Shown piece by piece: positions 37,247 through 53,400 of a stretch of DNA of 64,000 nt. The translations under genes and the position numbers were made by a program. Position 1 is the first letter of the stretch; each line of letters starts with the position of its first letter. The stretch lies in contig CM082580.2 of NCBI GenBank assembly GCA_040954595.2, positions 7,666,390 to 7,730,389 on the forward strand, given 5' to 3'. The stretch comes from Balanoglossus misakiensis. Taxonomy: Eukaryota > Animalia > Hemichordata. Below the pieces are notes generated by a model. That model did no database searches. It was not told the DNA's origin and worked only from the letters and a program-made list of their open reading frames with translations.

Positions 37247-40200
37247 TTAAAAAGACGAACCCGGCTGTGGTGGTGATGGTGGAGAAGTCACCTCGTCTGC
37301 TTTTTGTGTCTTTTGATGTTTCATTGCATTTTTGGCCACCCTCGCACGATCGATGAAGCTGGGCTTTCTGTCCGGCATCGGGCCGTACAGACCATGGGAG
37401 ATGAGGCGGGCGCTCTCCTGCACCACGTTGCCGAGGTTCGAGGCGGTCGTTGACGTAAGAGCCGTGTCTCTCTCCATGGCTAGCAGATTGGAGAGAATGT
37501 CGCCTCGTTTCTGCAGAGAAAGGGATGGTGGAGAGGGCGTTTTATATAAAGTAGATGGTTTTACGCTCGTTGCGAGATCTCGCGAGACTTGGACAATTAC
37601 CGTAGTAACGGGTTGCTAGCCAAATACTACAAGTCAAGCTTTATATGGAACTAGAAAGGGCGATGGGTTGAACAAAATTGTAACTTTTGTGCCGTTTAGG
37701 ATTCTACTCACGAAGTCAACTTTCGGTGCCTCGTCGCGTGTCGGGATTGAGGGCGACTTTGACTCGGGAAACTCGTCTTCGTCCAAGTCTTCATCGTCAA
37801 CGGTTCTCAAATTCAACTCCCAGACAAGTGTGAATATCTGTCAAGACACACATCGTCACGTCGTCAATACATGTTACCATGTTTCTTTATGCGCACGCGT
37901 GCATGGCCTGTGCGATGTCTGTAATTCTACAGTATGTTCCCATGTCCCTCTTGCAATTGCTATAAATCACTGTGTCCCTCCCTTCAATTTGACCCCCCTC
38001 CTATAACCCTGGCAACTACACCACGTATGGTTCCGACAATCCTGAAGGTGTCATATCAATCTCACCTCGTCCAGTTCCTCGCGAATCTTCTTATATCGCT
38101 TGATATTATCATCCAATGCGGTCATTACAAGAAGGGAGTCTTCTAATTTCTCGTGAGTCAGATGTTTCAAATCCTGTGTGGTAACAAGAATGGTTTCACC
38201 ACCAACGAAAATCCCAGGATGTAAGGTCCATGATATTGAATGTACACGACACCATATTCACGGTTTCGTTTTCTCTTGTAATGTTTGGATGGAGATTCGG
38301 TAAATGAGAGGTTTTTCTGTGGAGCTAATTTTACTGAAGGAGCGGCGAGTGAATGGTTTGTCACGGCTATTCTTATCAAATCCATCTATGCTAACACAAC
38401 TGACTTCACGCGAAGCTTACCCCGTAATGAAGCGGATTCTGCAGCGACAGGTCAGCAGACCGGATGACGTCATTGACGTTCATGACGCGAATGTCTTTGT
38501 CTTGTCCGCCTTCTGTTTACATATGGAAGAAAAGTAACGAAAAATAGCCAAGCGTTAGAGTTACTGAATGTCACTGAGGGTGCTTTTAAAGAAGGTTGTG
38601 ATGGACCGGGCACTTTGATTTTTGGTTACCCCACTCCAGCCTCGAACGCGCAGCCACCAGCCGTGTCATGTCATGTCATAAGCATATAAAAAGAAACATA
38701 TACAAAATGTAGAAACTCGTTTTATAAACTATGTGGAGTTTGCCGTGTCACAAACATTTAATTTGGTTTGGCCATAATGCTTACTGCCGCGTGCTTTGGT
38801 ATCAGTACGCAGGCAGCGGCTTGATGGAAAAGATATTCAATGGTTCAAAACATCGCTTTCGTCATCTGAAATTACTTTGGTCGTCTTTTTATAGACCTGC
38901 GGGTGTGTGATTCCCCCAAGCAGCTTCTTGTACTGAGTTAGTACACTGCAGGCATCATATTCAAAGAAAGTATCACATGTCCTCCCTCGCTCGCCCTTTC
39001 TGGGGTATTTCTATTGTTGCGTGTTTATCAATACTTCAGCGTAGAGAATTTAAAACCCCAAGTATCTTCCGTCCTTTCATGTGCCCTTTTAACCGATATT
39101 CGTTTGTATTTCTTTTAAAAAGAAATGTGACTAGTTTTAGCATGGAGGTACTAGTACCTCCATGGTTTTAGTAATAAAAAGCACAGAATTTGGGTAACTT
39201 TTGATACACTTTGGTTGACGAAATAAGCTATAGAACTAAAATCCGTTGGGTAATATCATCTAGTCTAAAAATTTAGAGGTTTACGCGGCAACATATCGGG
39301 ATAGAAGAGGCCCTCACAATAACTTACTAAACATTCTTACTAAACACGCCACTAGTATCAAACACGCCGCTCGCAAACAACGAGAACACAATCAGATATC
39401 GACGTGTTTGTGAGCTTGTTTCGCGAAGTCACACTTTTAAAATCGAACACATACTTTACAATGCAAAATGTCCGCCAGACACTTCTCATACATTCCAACT
39501 TTTCTCACACCGTGTTACTGACAATGTTTGAGTTGTGTTCATTCACCTTTTGCGTTAGTAAACTCTATGAAGTCAGCATTCATCGCCTAAATTAATGTTT
39601 TGAGATGGGTTATTTTCTCTCTCGCCAACCACGAACAAAATTCAAAATTTCCCAATGTAAACAGACTGACAAAAAGACAACAGTGTGCGGTATAAAACTG
39701 GTATTCTCTGGAACAAGGTAGTAAACACGTTGTCCTTCACTTTGAAGGACAGGTAAAGACGTTTTCTCGGCGACACATGCATTACCCAACATTTAGAACG
39801 CGGGAACTCGGCGAAGTGTTTTGACGATTTCGAACTTCAGGGCAATCACTGCCCGGGGGTGCTTCTCTTTGCATGTCACGAAAGACATTCATGGGATCAG
39901 TTTAACTGATACGGCATCAGATGGTGCTTTGAAATGGGCCGGCAGCGCGGGCAAAAACACTCACCGTGTTCTTCGCCGGAAGGTTTGGTCGACAGCGTAT
40001 CCTCCTGCAATTTCTTCTCCTCCTGGACTTCTTTCATGGCTTTGTCCTGCGCGCGAAAAATGAACGTCGCGTATCGGTCACGGTGCAGCGAAGGTAAAAC
40101 ACACATGCTGGGGACGGGGGGGGGGGGGAATCCGCGTAAATGCTTTCGCGGACAATAATGTCGGCGAAGATGTGAACATAATACGACTCTTGTCGCAGTA

Positions 40201-43200
40201 CGCGCATTTTGACAATATATCTATCGATTGCAGCGTCGGAACCGAGCAAATAAGATGGGTGATTACTCCATTGGTGGCATCGGCGCGCCATGTTGCCTGT
40301 ACACATCCCATGCCCGTTTTTCATGCGCGGTGTTCAGCATCTTATTGCCCCTGGGCATGATCACTTTATTTGAAAGGCGGGATTGGATGCATGGTTTTTT
40401 TTACTCGTAAGGTAGTATGCGGCTCGAAGATCAAAGTCTCAAACCTTTACTCATATCTGCATGTTTCTTATATGTTGTCAAAACCGCCCCAAACACTTTC
40501 ATTTGGCAAAGAATTGAAAGGTGTTTTGGACTATCATTTTTTCTGACAATCATGGACCCGAGGCGCGTACGATGTAGACGCCAGCAGCAGCAGTTCTTTG
40601 CTTACGTATACCCTGAAAGGCTCACGCGAAACGAAAAAGAAAGTCACTCACCAAATTGGTTACCATGACGGCAACCACCAAATTGGCAAACACAAAGGCG
40701 CCGATAAGAATACAGATGAAAAAATATATGCATCCGGCGACAAAGAGGAAATTGTCCTCTTCAGTCTGCGAAGAAGAAAAAAACACACGTAAAATGAATA
40801 TGGTTTGAATATCCTCTGCTCTCTGAATGTCAGCAAATTGTGCTCATAGACTCTCTCACAGCCCACGGTTCGCTACAACAAAGCTCTTCACTGAAGCCTG
40901 CATGGACGATGAGAGGGGCTGTGAGAGAGTCTATAGGCTGTAGTGCTCAGTGCATTGACATTTGTTACCTTTGCTCGGAAATCTTCGTATATTCCCATCC
41001 AGCCATCCTGTGTGACGCAGATGAACAGTGAAAACATCGCTGTAAACAAAACGAGACGTGAGACAATGAAACCAATTTGACGTTTAAATACTTGTTGGCG
41101 GTCTGTCAGATTTAAAGGGATTCTCCGAAGCCGTTGCCTTGTTGATGATCAACAGCAGTAGGCGATCAATAAGTAATACCTTGTTTACATTAATTATTGG
41201 AGTATCATTTTGACTATCGCAATTTTTTGTTTATGATCATACCTGATCCCATGTCTCCAAAGTGCTGCGGTATCTCGCTACCAAACAGCGCCACCCCAGC
41301 CACGCTCAACACAACCATGATGACAACCAACAGCAGGCCAATATTCAACATATCTGAAATTAGAAAAACACGTCCTCAGGAGGGCTCTACTTCAACCTTA
41401 TAAGTAGACGAGCCCCTGTCGTGGTGCAAAACGAGAAGCAATGATGTGTATTTCGTTATTGGCATAAAACTTTAGAACAGCCAGGATTTTCGACGATCTT
41501 TCAATCCATGGAAGGTTGAAGTGTGTACTACTTTGGCCGGCAAGCAATATTGATTCCAAAACCTGGCAGGCAGGATGGCACGCACGAATGATATTTTTTC
41601 AGTCTATAAATCAAGAACCTGCCTCACTTGATCATAAACTCACCCGGTATTGATTGGAAAATGGTCTGGACGACGACAGACAATCCTGCAAGGGCACTGA
41701 CACTGCAGACAGAGAGACAGAAAAAAAGGCGATAAACATAGGTATGGGGTGGCGTTTTCTCTGAGTCTTCTGTATACTGCAATGTTTTCGACGGTTGTAT
41801 TCAAAACGTTTGTTTCCTGATTCGGGGGAAACGCTCCTGGGGCCGGGGCTTCCTAACATAATCTTAAATTATTTCTTACCTTCGAAGGCTACGGAAAGCC
41901 CTGAAGACACGTAATATCCGTAGGGTCCTGCTGCTGCCCAGGAACTTCACAGCTGAAATGCAATTGAAAAGAAGGTCGGTTTATAACAGTACTGAAGTGT
42001 GGATTTTCTGTAGATGAAGAATACCGTATTGGTGAGATCCATCCATCCATCTTTCCGTCCATAGACATAGCTCGATTTCGAAGCGAGTCAATAAGCTTAT
42101 GTTCTGAGAGATGTGGGTTTAGAAACGGGTAGTGTTTCAACCAGAGAGGCTACACGTGCACCTATACCAAAAACTTCTTGAAGTACTTCCCGGATGAATG
42201 AACGGATGTGGATAGTTGGACGCGGATGGCTGATAGGCTGGTTTGTCGGTTGTGTGTGTGGGTATAGGTGGGTGTTTGTCTATATGGCAGGTTTAATTAC
42301 TTACTTGGACCCAGTATCAAGGCAACGATGATGACGAAGTCGAGAATATTCCAACCAACGCGCCAGAAGATGAAGAAATCATAGTACCACTTGAGCAGAA
42401 GTTCACAGATGAATATGGACAGGACGATGTTGTCCAGGATGGAGAAGATGCCAGCATTTTCTTCTGACTGAAAATTGTACAAAGAAGAATTGAAATCAAT
42501 CGAATTTAAAACGTGTGGGTCTTTTCTCTTGAATCGCGTTTTGGTCGCTATACTTCGGCGCCCCAGTAGATTCATAGATACGATTACTTACAATGGTGTC
42601 GTATGTTTGAAGAGCGATCAGGATGGAGTTGATGACGATGACGAAGAGGATGAAAAAACGGAACAGTTCGCTTTCTACCATTTGTCCAACCAACTCCTGT
42701 GAGGCAAACATACGACACGAATACAGAAAGGGGAAGGAACATGATTGGTTTGCGACAACTTGTCCTATTTTTTCATATGCGAGTTTTTTTCTCTATGAAA
42801 TTCTAGCCTATATACATTAAATTAAATTCTTTAAAACATAATAGTAAGTTTGTCTCTTGGTTTCTGCACCGTGGTTGGTGGTTGTTATTGTTGTTGTATT
42901 AATATTAGTATTAGTATTGTTATTGTTGTTGTTGTTGTTTACGTACCTGTGACACAAAGGCCTCCACACGTTCATCATCTTGATCGACTATGTCGTTGAA
43001 ATCTTCCTCAACTATTTCAGATTTGAATACATCGGTCATTGAAGCATCCTTCTTCAGCTACAAGAAACACAGACGAACGAATCGGTTATGGTATCGATAA
43101 ATTCAATATACCGATAACATTTCTCCTGGTAAATGAACAAAGGGGACTCAAAGGGTCGGTAGCCAAGTTCAGGCTTTGCAGGAATGGAACTTTAAAAAAA

Positions 43201-43870
43201 TACTCACGGCAGTTGGATCAAAAGTGAACTGGCGGTGAATTTCCTCCCTAGAAACGAGATATGCGATAAAAAATGTCAAAAAACTATCAAATTTACATAA
43301 AAGTATCGACAAGACACAAGACAAATCTTTAAAGACAGAAAGGAAGAAATCATCATCACTTACTCTGTTGACAGTTGCGCTTTCTTACGTGCGAGGCGAA
43401 TGGTTTGGCTTATCTGTTGTTGAGTGACAGAGACCAGATCGTACAGTTAAAACCAACAATTACTACCGTTCAGCATTTGTGTTGATATATGAAAAGTTCA
43501 AAGTCATATAGTCCTGTTTTGTAATGGGGTTAAATCCAACTATATTCCAACACAGCAATGTTTGGCAAATGTCGAGTACATGACCATTGTCATCTTGGTG
43601 AGGAGAAAAACTCAACAGCATTACGATGAAATCAGACCTGCAGTTCGAAAGCAACCGTACGATAGGCTTACCCACCCTTCGGAAAGTATTCGCGATAGAT
43701 GTTCTCCTTTGCGTCTTCAGATTGAGCAGAAAGTCGGGCACCATCGACGACCTTCGTCTGTCCCCGGCACCGACGGCGCCCGGGGGTCCAAAGCGCCATG
43801 TAGCATCGGAAGGAAAGGTGTCTCCACCCTCATCTTCGTCGTCACATTCCTCGGTGATCCTGGCGGCCAT
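37247..43870 (-). CDS. CATSPER4: Cation channel sperm-associated alpha subunit 4-like; last exon uncertain
   Basis: Single 6-TM domain assembled from exons: S1 FRFFILFVIVINSILIALQT, S2-S3 ELLLKWYYDFFIFWRVGWNILDFVI, S4 RTLRILRVFRAFRSLR, pore FSLFICVTQDGW (~40968-41040, CatSper4-type TQDGW), S6 FVFANLVVAVMVTNL, then a helical C-terminus. ATG at 43870. Confidence 0.88.
39141..39164. repeat. Perfect 24-bp palindrome
   Basis: CATGGAGGTACTAGTACCTCCATG is its own reverse complement. Confidence 0.9.
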
Positions 43871-44531
43871 TTTCTTTAACAGAACACGCAAGAAAGTGAC
43901 ACACAAACAGATCAGATCCTTATTTTTTTTATAAACGAAAGTGTTTCTCATACATTTGTGCAGAAATCACTGCACAACAAACATTTAGTTGAATCGCTAT
44001 CCAACCATGTAAGCTAACATTTGTACAGGTATTCTCAGACTTTCGATAAGCTTGCCGTCGTAATCCATTTGGCCTACTGACTCTCCATACAATTCAGGCC
44101 TATATGGCCTAGGCCTAATACTCAAATCAACAGGTGCATGATTACGAGAATCACAGATGACCCCCAGCACAATGTCCCTTTCTAGACAGGGTTACTTATA
44201 TAACGCACGTGAATATTTACCTTACACTATTTATCCTGGGACAACGACGGCTAGGCTCGGCGTATTTCAGTGAATTCGCCTGCAAACTGAAATTTGAGCC
44301 GCATCACGTGAACTCCAAGAGTCGAACGCCCTTGCCGAAGAAGATAAGCTCACGCGCGCTGATGCGCCAACCTGCATCGCGGCGCGGCGTGCACCAGAAA
44401 TTCTGAAACGTTCCAAAACTTTCTTTCGAATATTGCACGCGCTCACTTTTCGTTCTATTAACTTTGAAGTTCCCAAACTGCTAAAGTCGACATTTTTTTT
44501 CTCTTTAAGTTTTCCCAGCACAGGTTACTGC

Positions 44532-46148
<1,617 letters not shown>

Positions 46149-46450
46149 GTGTGACGTCAGGTGTCCCTCCGCCCCAGGAAGTCAAACTCAGCTCATAAAA
46201 TGACTGAAAAGATGCCAGTGACCACATTCAAGAATTTCCCCGCTGCTGAATTTTTTTCGTTTTTTTTTTAAACAATGCAATGATCAATGTAAGAATAAAA
46301 TTATTTAATTGCCGATCCCAGTGTGTTGGTAATTTCAATGTATTAGTGGGATACAGAGAAGAAAAATTTTCTCTGTATGAAGGTTATTTTTCTACAGAAA
46401 CACTTTCTGTGAGGAGGACTTTTACCTGTAGACATGTGGTCTCACATAGC

Positions 46451-46558
46451 GCATTCTCCGTACCGAGATTGTAGCTAACCTAGGCTAGGGGGACTGGCTG
46501 GTTGGCTGTCGGACAGACCCCCTAGCTAAGTTAAAATTATCCACGCGCTACAATCTCT
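46451..46558. mobile_element. Short hairpin MITE-like repeat, copy 1
   Basis: Nested inverted repeats GAGATTGTAGC...GCTACAATCTC and CTAGGGGG...CCCCCTAG. A related copy lies at 47615-47716. Confidence 0.6.
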
Positions 46559-47425
46559 GCACATGCTGTGGTCTTATCACACCAGAGAAGTATCGTTATG
46601 GTCTTTAAATTTACTTCAAAAAATCTCGACGAAGACATTTACATACACTGTGCCTTGACAGCAAAATAAAAAAAATTAAAATCAGGACTTGAGTCTCTCA
46701 CAATACACCATACATGCATGATTATATTTTAACCTGAAGTGTAGCAATTACTTAAAATTTTACAGTGGTGCTTATCGCGCTTGATTTAAAAAATCATGAC
46801 GGGGCAGTTTTATGTTTGGTTTCTCATCACCTGACCGACAGTGACAACAAATCCTCTATGGTCAAAGTGACTGTGATGTCATCGATCCGTGAAGAGTTAC
46901 AGGCCACCCCTATACATGTAATGAGAAATCTAAATGTGAAGTCTGTGACTGTACTTCTGACAAAAACACCAATTTCCATTCAATGAGAGACCGATATCTA
47001 AAGGGCCTTTGTTCACAACATTTAACCATCAGTACAAATCACAACGATATTATGAAATAGTAGCATTCATAGAAGTCAATGTAATTATATATGTATGTAT
47101 TTATGTATGTCTGCCAAGCATAATATATTTATACATGTACATGTGTAACTCACTGAAGTCATATTGCCACACCCGATGGCTATTTCACATGAGAGACATG
47201 TGATTGACGACAGAACGGATTCAGAGTGTGTGAAATAGTGAGTCAGGGTGAGTTATAGACTATGGCAACTACAACAAAAAGTGACAATCTTCAATCGCAA
47301 TGATCCTCTCTTGCCAGACCTTGCAATCTCCCGTGTGTGCAAGTGAACATGTGGGTAGGAATACGGTTTATTTTCCTGTTGTTGTGGCAACAACAGGAAG
47401 ATTCGAGTGTACGCGTGATACAGTG

Positions 47426-50400
47426 TTACTGCCAAGTGGCCATCACGTCCTTGTATTCATCGGCTTCAATGAATGGCTTGTCGATGGATCTGAAATAGAA
47501 AAGAGATCAGCAGAATGGTTATTTTGACAAACTATCCCCCATAGAACAGATCAGATCAGATCAAGACAGCTAGTGTCCGAATCAAAGTTAGAACATTTAC
47601 AGCAAAGTCACTGTCATTCTCCGTACTGAGATTGTAGCATGGATAATTCTAACCTAGCTAGGGGGTCTGACTGGCAGCCATTATAACGGTGCGGCCAGTC
47701 CCCCTAGCTAGGTTATCGACTTGAACCCTTTCACCCCCATTTCCCTCTGTAGAGGTCCAATTTGACCCTACAAAACAACTAATATGGCTCAAACCAAAAT
47801 TACCTTATCATGATATCGCCACAATAGACACACTCAGCCGCTATGATGTCATCCAGTTCCATTTTAACCTGGTCTCGCTGGTCTTGTTTGGTCAACACAT
47901 CCGTGGGTGCGGACGCCGCCGATGACGGCAATGGTTCCGACGCCTGACTGAACTGACCCGACACCAATTTTCTCTGAAGTTCATCCACTCTGTGTTTCTT
48001 GGGAGATGAGAGATGTGGGAAAACCTGGTGGGAAGGATAATTTTGTTTTTAGTCCATGGGCATCTTGTTACTAAGAAAAACATCCCATCCCACTCATCAA
48101 TCTGGGTAACGCTAGGTGTAGAATGAGAAGCTACCCACCTCTGCAATCAGACAGTCCGAGTGAAACATATGTTGGCACGGAAACAGGTAGAAGGCCCTGG
48201 TCAGCAGCGGGAAGGAGCACGAGGAGCACTTCTGCTGCGACGTCACCAGACCGTACTTGTTGCGCATTTCCTGGATGTCTGCCCGGATCGCCTTGGCGCT
48301 TTCTGTGGCTTCGTTCATCTCTTCTTTCAGAGACTCGATGTGGTGGTTGTACTCCTCCAGTGATGTGCAAATCGCATCCTGAGTGTGGCAAAGTACATGA
48401 GAACATGTGAGGTGTCTGTATTTTCGTGTAAAAACAACCATCACTGACTGAACCTCGCCAAGTATGAACGTTTCATCGACACACCCATTTATCGAAATTG
48501 ATTCTCACCTTAAAATGATCAATGGTGACAAAGTCTGGGAAAAACGGCAGAATGTCTTCAATTTTCAAGAGGTCACACTCGTGTAAGAACTTCATGGCCC
48601 TGCTGACATCCTTCTCTTCTTCTACAACATGACGAGCTGATGGAAATGAAGACAGAAGTTTGAATAAGTTGTAAGACAGACTTGTTGTATCAACTCTTTC
48701 AATTTTTTTAAGCCGAAAGGAAATTTTCCATGAGTAAATTGTATGAAAAACATTTAAAATTCCTTTGTTTCTTTTTTATTCAAATCTGAAGCAATGATAC
48801 CTCTGAACTTGTTTTAAGAAAAAAACACTTGTCATTCTTACCTATCCTCAACCAAAGTTTCTTTCTGAGTTCATCATCATCTTCCGGTCTGTTCGCATTG
48901 GATTTAGCAAGTTCAACATCCACCTGAAATTACACAAAAAACAAACCAATGAAAGTACAAGTTTCGACCTGTGGCCTTGTTATCACTTTTTGTCAAGTGA
49001 GAAGTTACCAGAATATTTTTACTTTCCTTACTCACTTGAGTAAATTTACATACAATGCACTGCATGTAACAAATGGTTTCCCCTGGCGACCACTAATATC
49101 AATGACCAGATACTGAAAGGTTACCTTCAATGCTAGATCTACTGCCTCCTCATAGAGTTCCATTGTGGTGTAGATGTGCACACAGGCCTCTGCTAAACAA
49201 TGCTCTGAGCAGAGTCGCAGGGCATACTTCAGGTCAAAGTTCACCATGCTTGGATTCTGATGACAAAACACACGTCTTAATTTGTCATGTGACTAACAAA
49301 ATGGCGGAACCTGAGACCTGGTACCACTAATGGTTTAGACAGGTTCTACTGTACTTCAGACAATATGAATCAAATCTAATGCTCATTATCAACCAAGGCA
49401 AGCAAATTACAGTACATACGTGTCCTTGGAAATCCAGATAAACCATCAGTTGTTTTGATTGATATTTGGCATACAGGGATAATAAATAGTTGTGAATGGC
49501 CTGGTCTTTGATGTCCAACGTCTGGACACAGAATTCTAAGTACCTGATGGCTTCATTAATCTGGAAGAGGAAATTTTGAAATTATGAATATCATGTTGTC
49601 TTGAAAAATGCAGTGATGTATTATCAGTATGTAAATTAATTTACATAAATATGATTATTATGCAAATTTTATTTGACATAAATTAACATGTTGGAAGAAC
49701 ACTGCATTATCTACATAATATTCAACAGCTGCTTTTTTCACTTACTTTGTCAGTGTCTCTGCTTTCGTCGTAGTGGACCAACGCCGGAATCAGCCGCTTG
49801 GGTTCCAGCTTCCGGCCCTGACTGATCCAGGCGTCCACGGTGTCCTTGGGGATGTGCTGCATCAGCACCGGCGAGAACTTGTAGTAGAGCTCCACGTTGG
49901 ACTGCCTGGTGAGGACCAGCAGGGCAGCTTTGTAGTCGTCGTGCTGGATGTGGTGACTCATCACTCTCTCGTAGTCTGAAAAAAGGACGGTCGAGGTGAC
50001 AGGGTGGGATCGACCATGAGGGAAAATGATTTTGTAACATTTTTTTGCGGGAAACATCTATGGCATAGCCTGGCTGAGCTGGGCGTTTGTTTTTGACAGG
50101 TATTGGCCATTTTTGGTAAATTAACCTATTACCAGGTAGGTTCAGGAAATCTTTTATCAGAAGAGGGCAAATGCTGGAAAGAATGGTTTATTACCTTGCA
50201 TGAGAAAGGCAAAGTACACAAGATCCTCCACATCTCCATGGCTGGCTAACAGATCGTAGGCAGTGGCTCTGTTGTGGCTTAAACATTCCTACAAATATAA
50301 ATAAATATTGACTTGATTTCTCATCAGTAACAGACTTGAATTCAATTTTCAACAATAACAAGTGTTGGCTGTACAACTGTAGGCAGTGTTGACAAGTGTG

Positions 50401-53400
50401 ATTTTTTCTTGTGTCCCAGGACACACAGAAAACTGCCTGCAGCTTGATCAGCAAAGAAGTGTTTTTTTTCCCTACCTTCACTCTGCTTTGGGCCAAAAAT
50501 TTCTGGAATTCATCTTGCAGCACCAGAAATCCCTGCGAGTCTCCTTGGTCTCTGAGCGTACCTAGCTGATTTAGGTACAATTCTATCAGCCATGTGACGA
50601 TCATGGTCATCTGTGTCTTTTCCTGTACGGTTAGAATGAAACACGAACAACATGATTGGACAGTTATAATGTGGAGAAGTCTGCAAGGTGCAATTACTTG
50701 ACCCTACCAACACGATGATACGGTCTGATCAGGGTACATGTACTGTGTCCAAACGTAGAAAAATGTTGAAGACTTATACTCACATGGCTTTTCAAACCGG
50801 CCAGCTTCTTATTGAGGAATGTCTTGAGAGCGTCTCTCTGTTCGACCTGGATGAACTTCAACGCGACCTCCTCGAATGACCGCTCGGTCAGCGCATAATA
50901 CATTGCACTTTTGTCGTAACTGAAAGATACAGCAATGGTCCAAAAGGAAAGTTTTAGAGCGATATTATATTACCCCAGATTCACCAACTCAACCCAGACC
51001 TTCTCAGACTACCAACCATTAATTTCACTTTCAAGCCTCACCTTTTTTCATTGAAGTAATACTCAGCTTGTTTCGTCAACACTTTGTCGGTGTTGGCCGG
51101 GTTGTCTTTGGAATATTGCTTGGCAGATTCAAAGTCTCCCTTGTCGAGGTACATCTGCCACACATCCCTGGAAATTAAAAATATTACAATTTTTTTACCA
51201 CACAGTGAAACCAGTGGCCAAGTTCCATTGACTGAGCTACAGCAGCACTTTAGAATGTGACCTATGACCTGTGACCCATGACCCACCTTGCTTCCCTGAT
51301 CACTTTGTATTTGAAGACAGACTGATCAGTGTACGCCCATATTGTCCCCTTCACTGAGTCCTTACATAGTCCATGTAATCTACCAAATCTCTGGAAAATG
51401 AGAGAAAAAAACCACGAAGATGTTTTATACCTCTGATTCATAGTCAGTCACATTATCCAGTCAAGTTACCCATTTAAATTGGGAATGGTTTCATTTTTCA
51501 CGTGTTCTCAAGAAAAAAATTGCCCTCCCCTACATATTTTTTAATTTCCTGTGTTTGTGAAAAAACAACAAATCAAGGAACTGAGCCATATCTGTCCCAC
51601 GAATCTTGACTCTGTCCCTGAAAGAGTGATCACTTACACTGGGAAAGATGTCTTCAAAAATCAGCTGTTCATTCAGTACACACATGGCTTTTAACCTGAG
51701 AAAAGGAAACGAACATCAGTACAGGTATGGTGGCTATATAGCCTGGGATTGGTAACTGTTACAATATCACGCAAGAAAACACATTACTGGGGGTACTGTG
51801 ACTTGAAAAAAAAGTTTCACTGTTCTATTCTCACTTTCATTTCACTGCATGTACAAGGCTACAAAGCTCACCTATCTGGGAACAACAGCAATACATGGAA
51901 TTCTGTAACCACCATGGACAGTGGTGGTTGAAACCTGTCTCCCTCTTCCAACGGGTACTGCAACAGTCGACTGTCAGTTGTCACGTCTCTGGAATGCCCG
52001 CTGTAGTCCATGTTACCGTAGTACACACCGGGACCTGGAGTGTGTTGAAATGATTCACGAATATCGTTCAATTCCCTTTGAAGCTACAGACTCAATGTTT
52101 TGGGGCAATCCTTTGTCAGTGTCTAGTAGTCAAAGTCAAGTGTTATAGTGAGAATGTAGTGCAGACATAATATTGTATGGGATATGGCAATCACAAACTT
52201 TAAACTCACTTGACTGGTTTTTCACGACAAACATCGACTTACAGATGATGTTTTTGAGAATTTCACGTACAAAGCTCCACTTTTCCATAGCTTCACAATT
52301 TACATGTACGCCCATCATAATGCTGACAATGTTACTTCAGCCAACTCACCTGTCATCCAGGCAAAGTTCTTGGGAGGTGATCTGTGCTTCGCCACGTAAA
52401 ATTTCAATTCACTGTAACCAAAGTTACCAGGCAGCTCAAGGAAACTTGCTGAAACAGAATGGTGACATTGCAATGAAAAACATTGATCTACTCAGTAACA
52501 GTGTTATTTTTTCCCCTTCTATAAATAGGCAAGATTTTTTTCTGGGCTTGATTTAAAAATCCTCAATGTTTTCAACTGAAAGATATTTTTTTTCAGTTCT
52601 TTCAAGTATGCTGGAGTAATTGTTATAGAATTGACTTCAATCTGTCCAAATCCTTATTTCGTCCTTATCCTCGCCAGGAAAAATAAATTCTGTATCAATG
52701 GATTATGTTTTCTAATAATCTTACCAGGGCTGTCTTCATAATTTTGGAACACATATGAAAACACTGGTGCTTCAGCTGATGTCGGAATGATACCAATAAA
52801 ATGGTATAACCTCCTACCAAAAAAGAAATACAACAAATATACATTATTCATGTGATTCTGGGACTCAACTGTGATTCACTGGACAGAAGTGAAAGTTGTA
52901 CATTGTGAAAATCATGGTTCAAAATGGTACACACCCTGGAGTTGTCGCCATGATGAAATACTTCTTCTCAGTTTGTGACTTGGTTGGCATTCTCTCGACT
53001 TCCAGTCCTGTCACCGGTACCGGTCCGTCTTTACCGAGGTTGTAGAGCTGTAACGGAGAAGTAAGATGCGACACAAATCATCAGATGGCTTCTATCACTG
53101 ACCAGACAGAGAGAAAATAGGAAGTTGATGAACTTTTTCTTTTCTTGAAAGGAAATGCTGTCATTCACCATTCAAGCATTAGACGTTTTATACATACACA
53201 AATAATACTAGTAGTCTAACCCTTTCACCCCCATTTCTGAAATCAAGCTGTCCACCCTCATCCCTGGAATGTAACAGACTTGGACCAAAGAATGGTGGTG
53301 AAAGGGTTGGAGATGAAGTGAGATCTGAAGATGGTAGCTGTGCGTTTGATGATCACGATGATGATGCCTAGCATGTTACAATTAGGCAAATTAGACATAT

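Noticed and set aside
39690-39905. Possible extra CATSPER4 exon
   Set aside because: The acceptor I tested gives an in-frame stop, while the flanking exons (~39965 and ~38512) join in phase without it.
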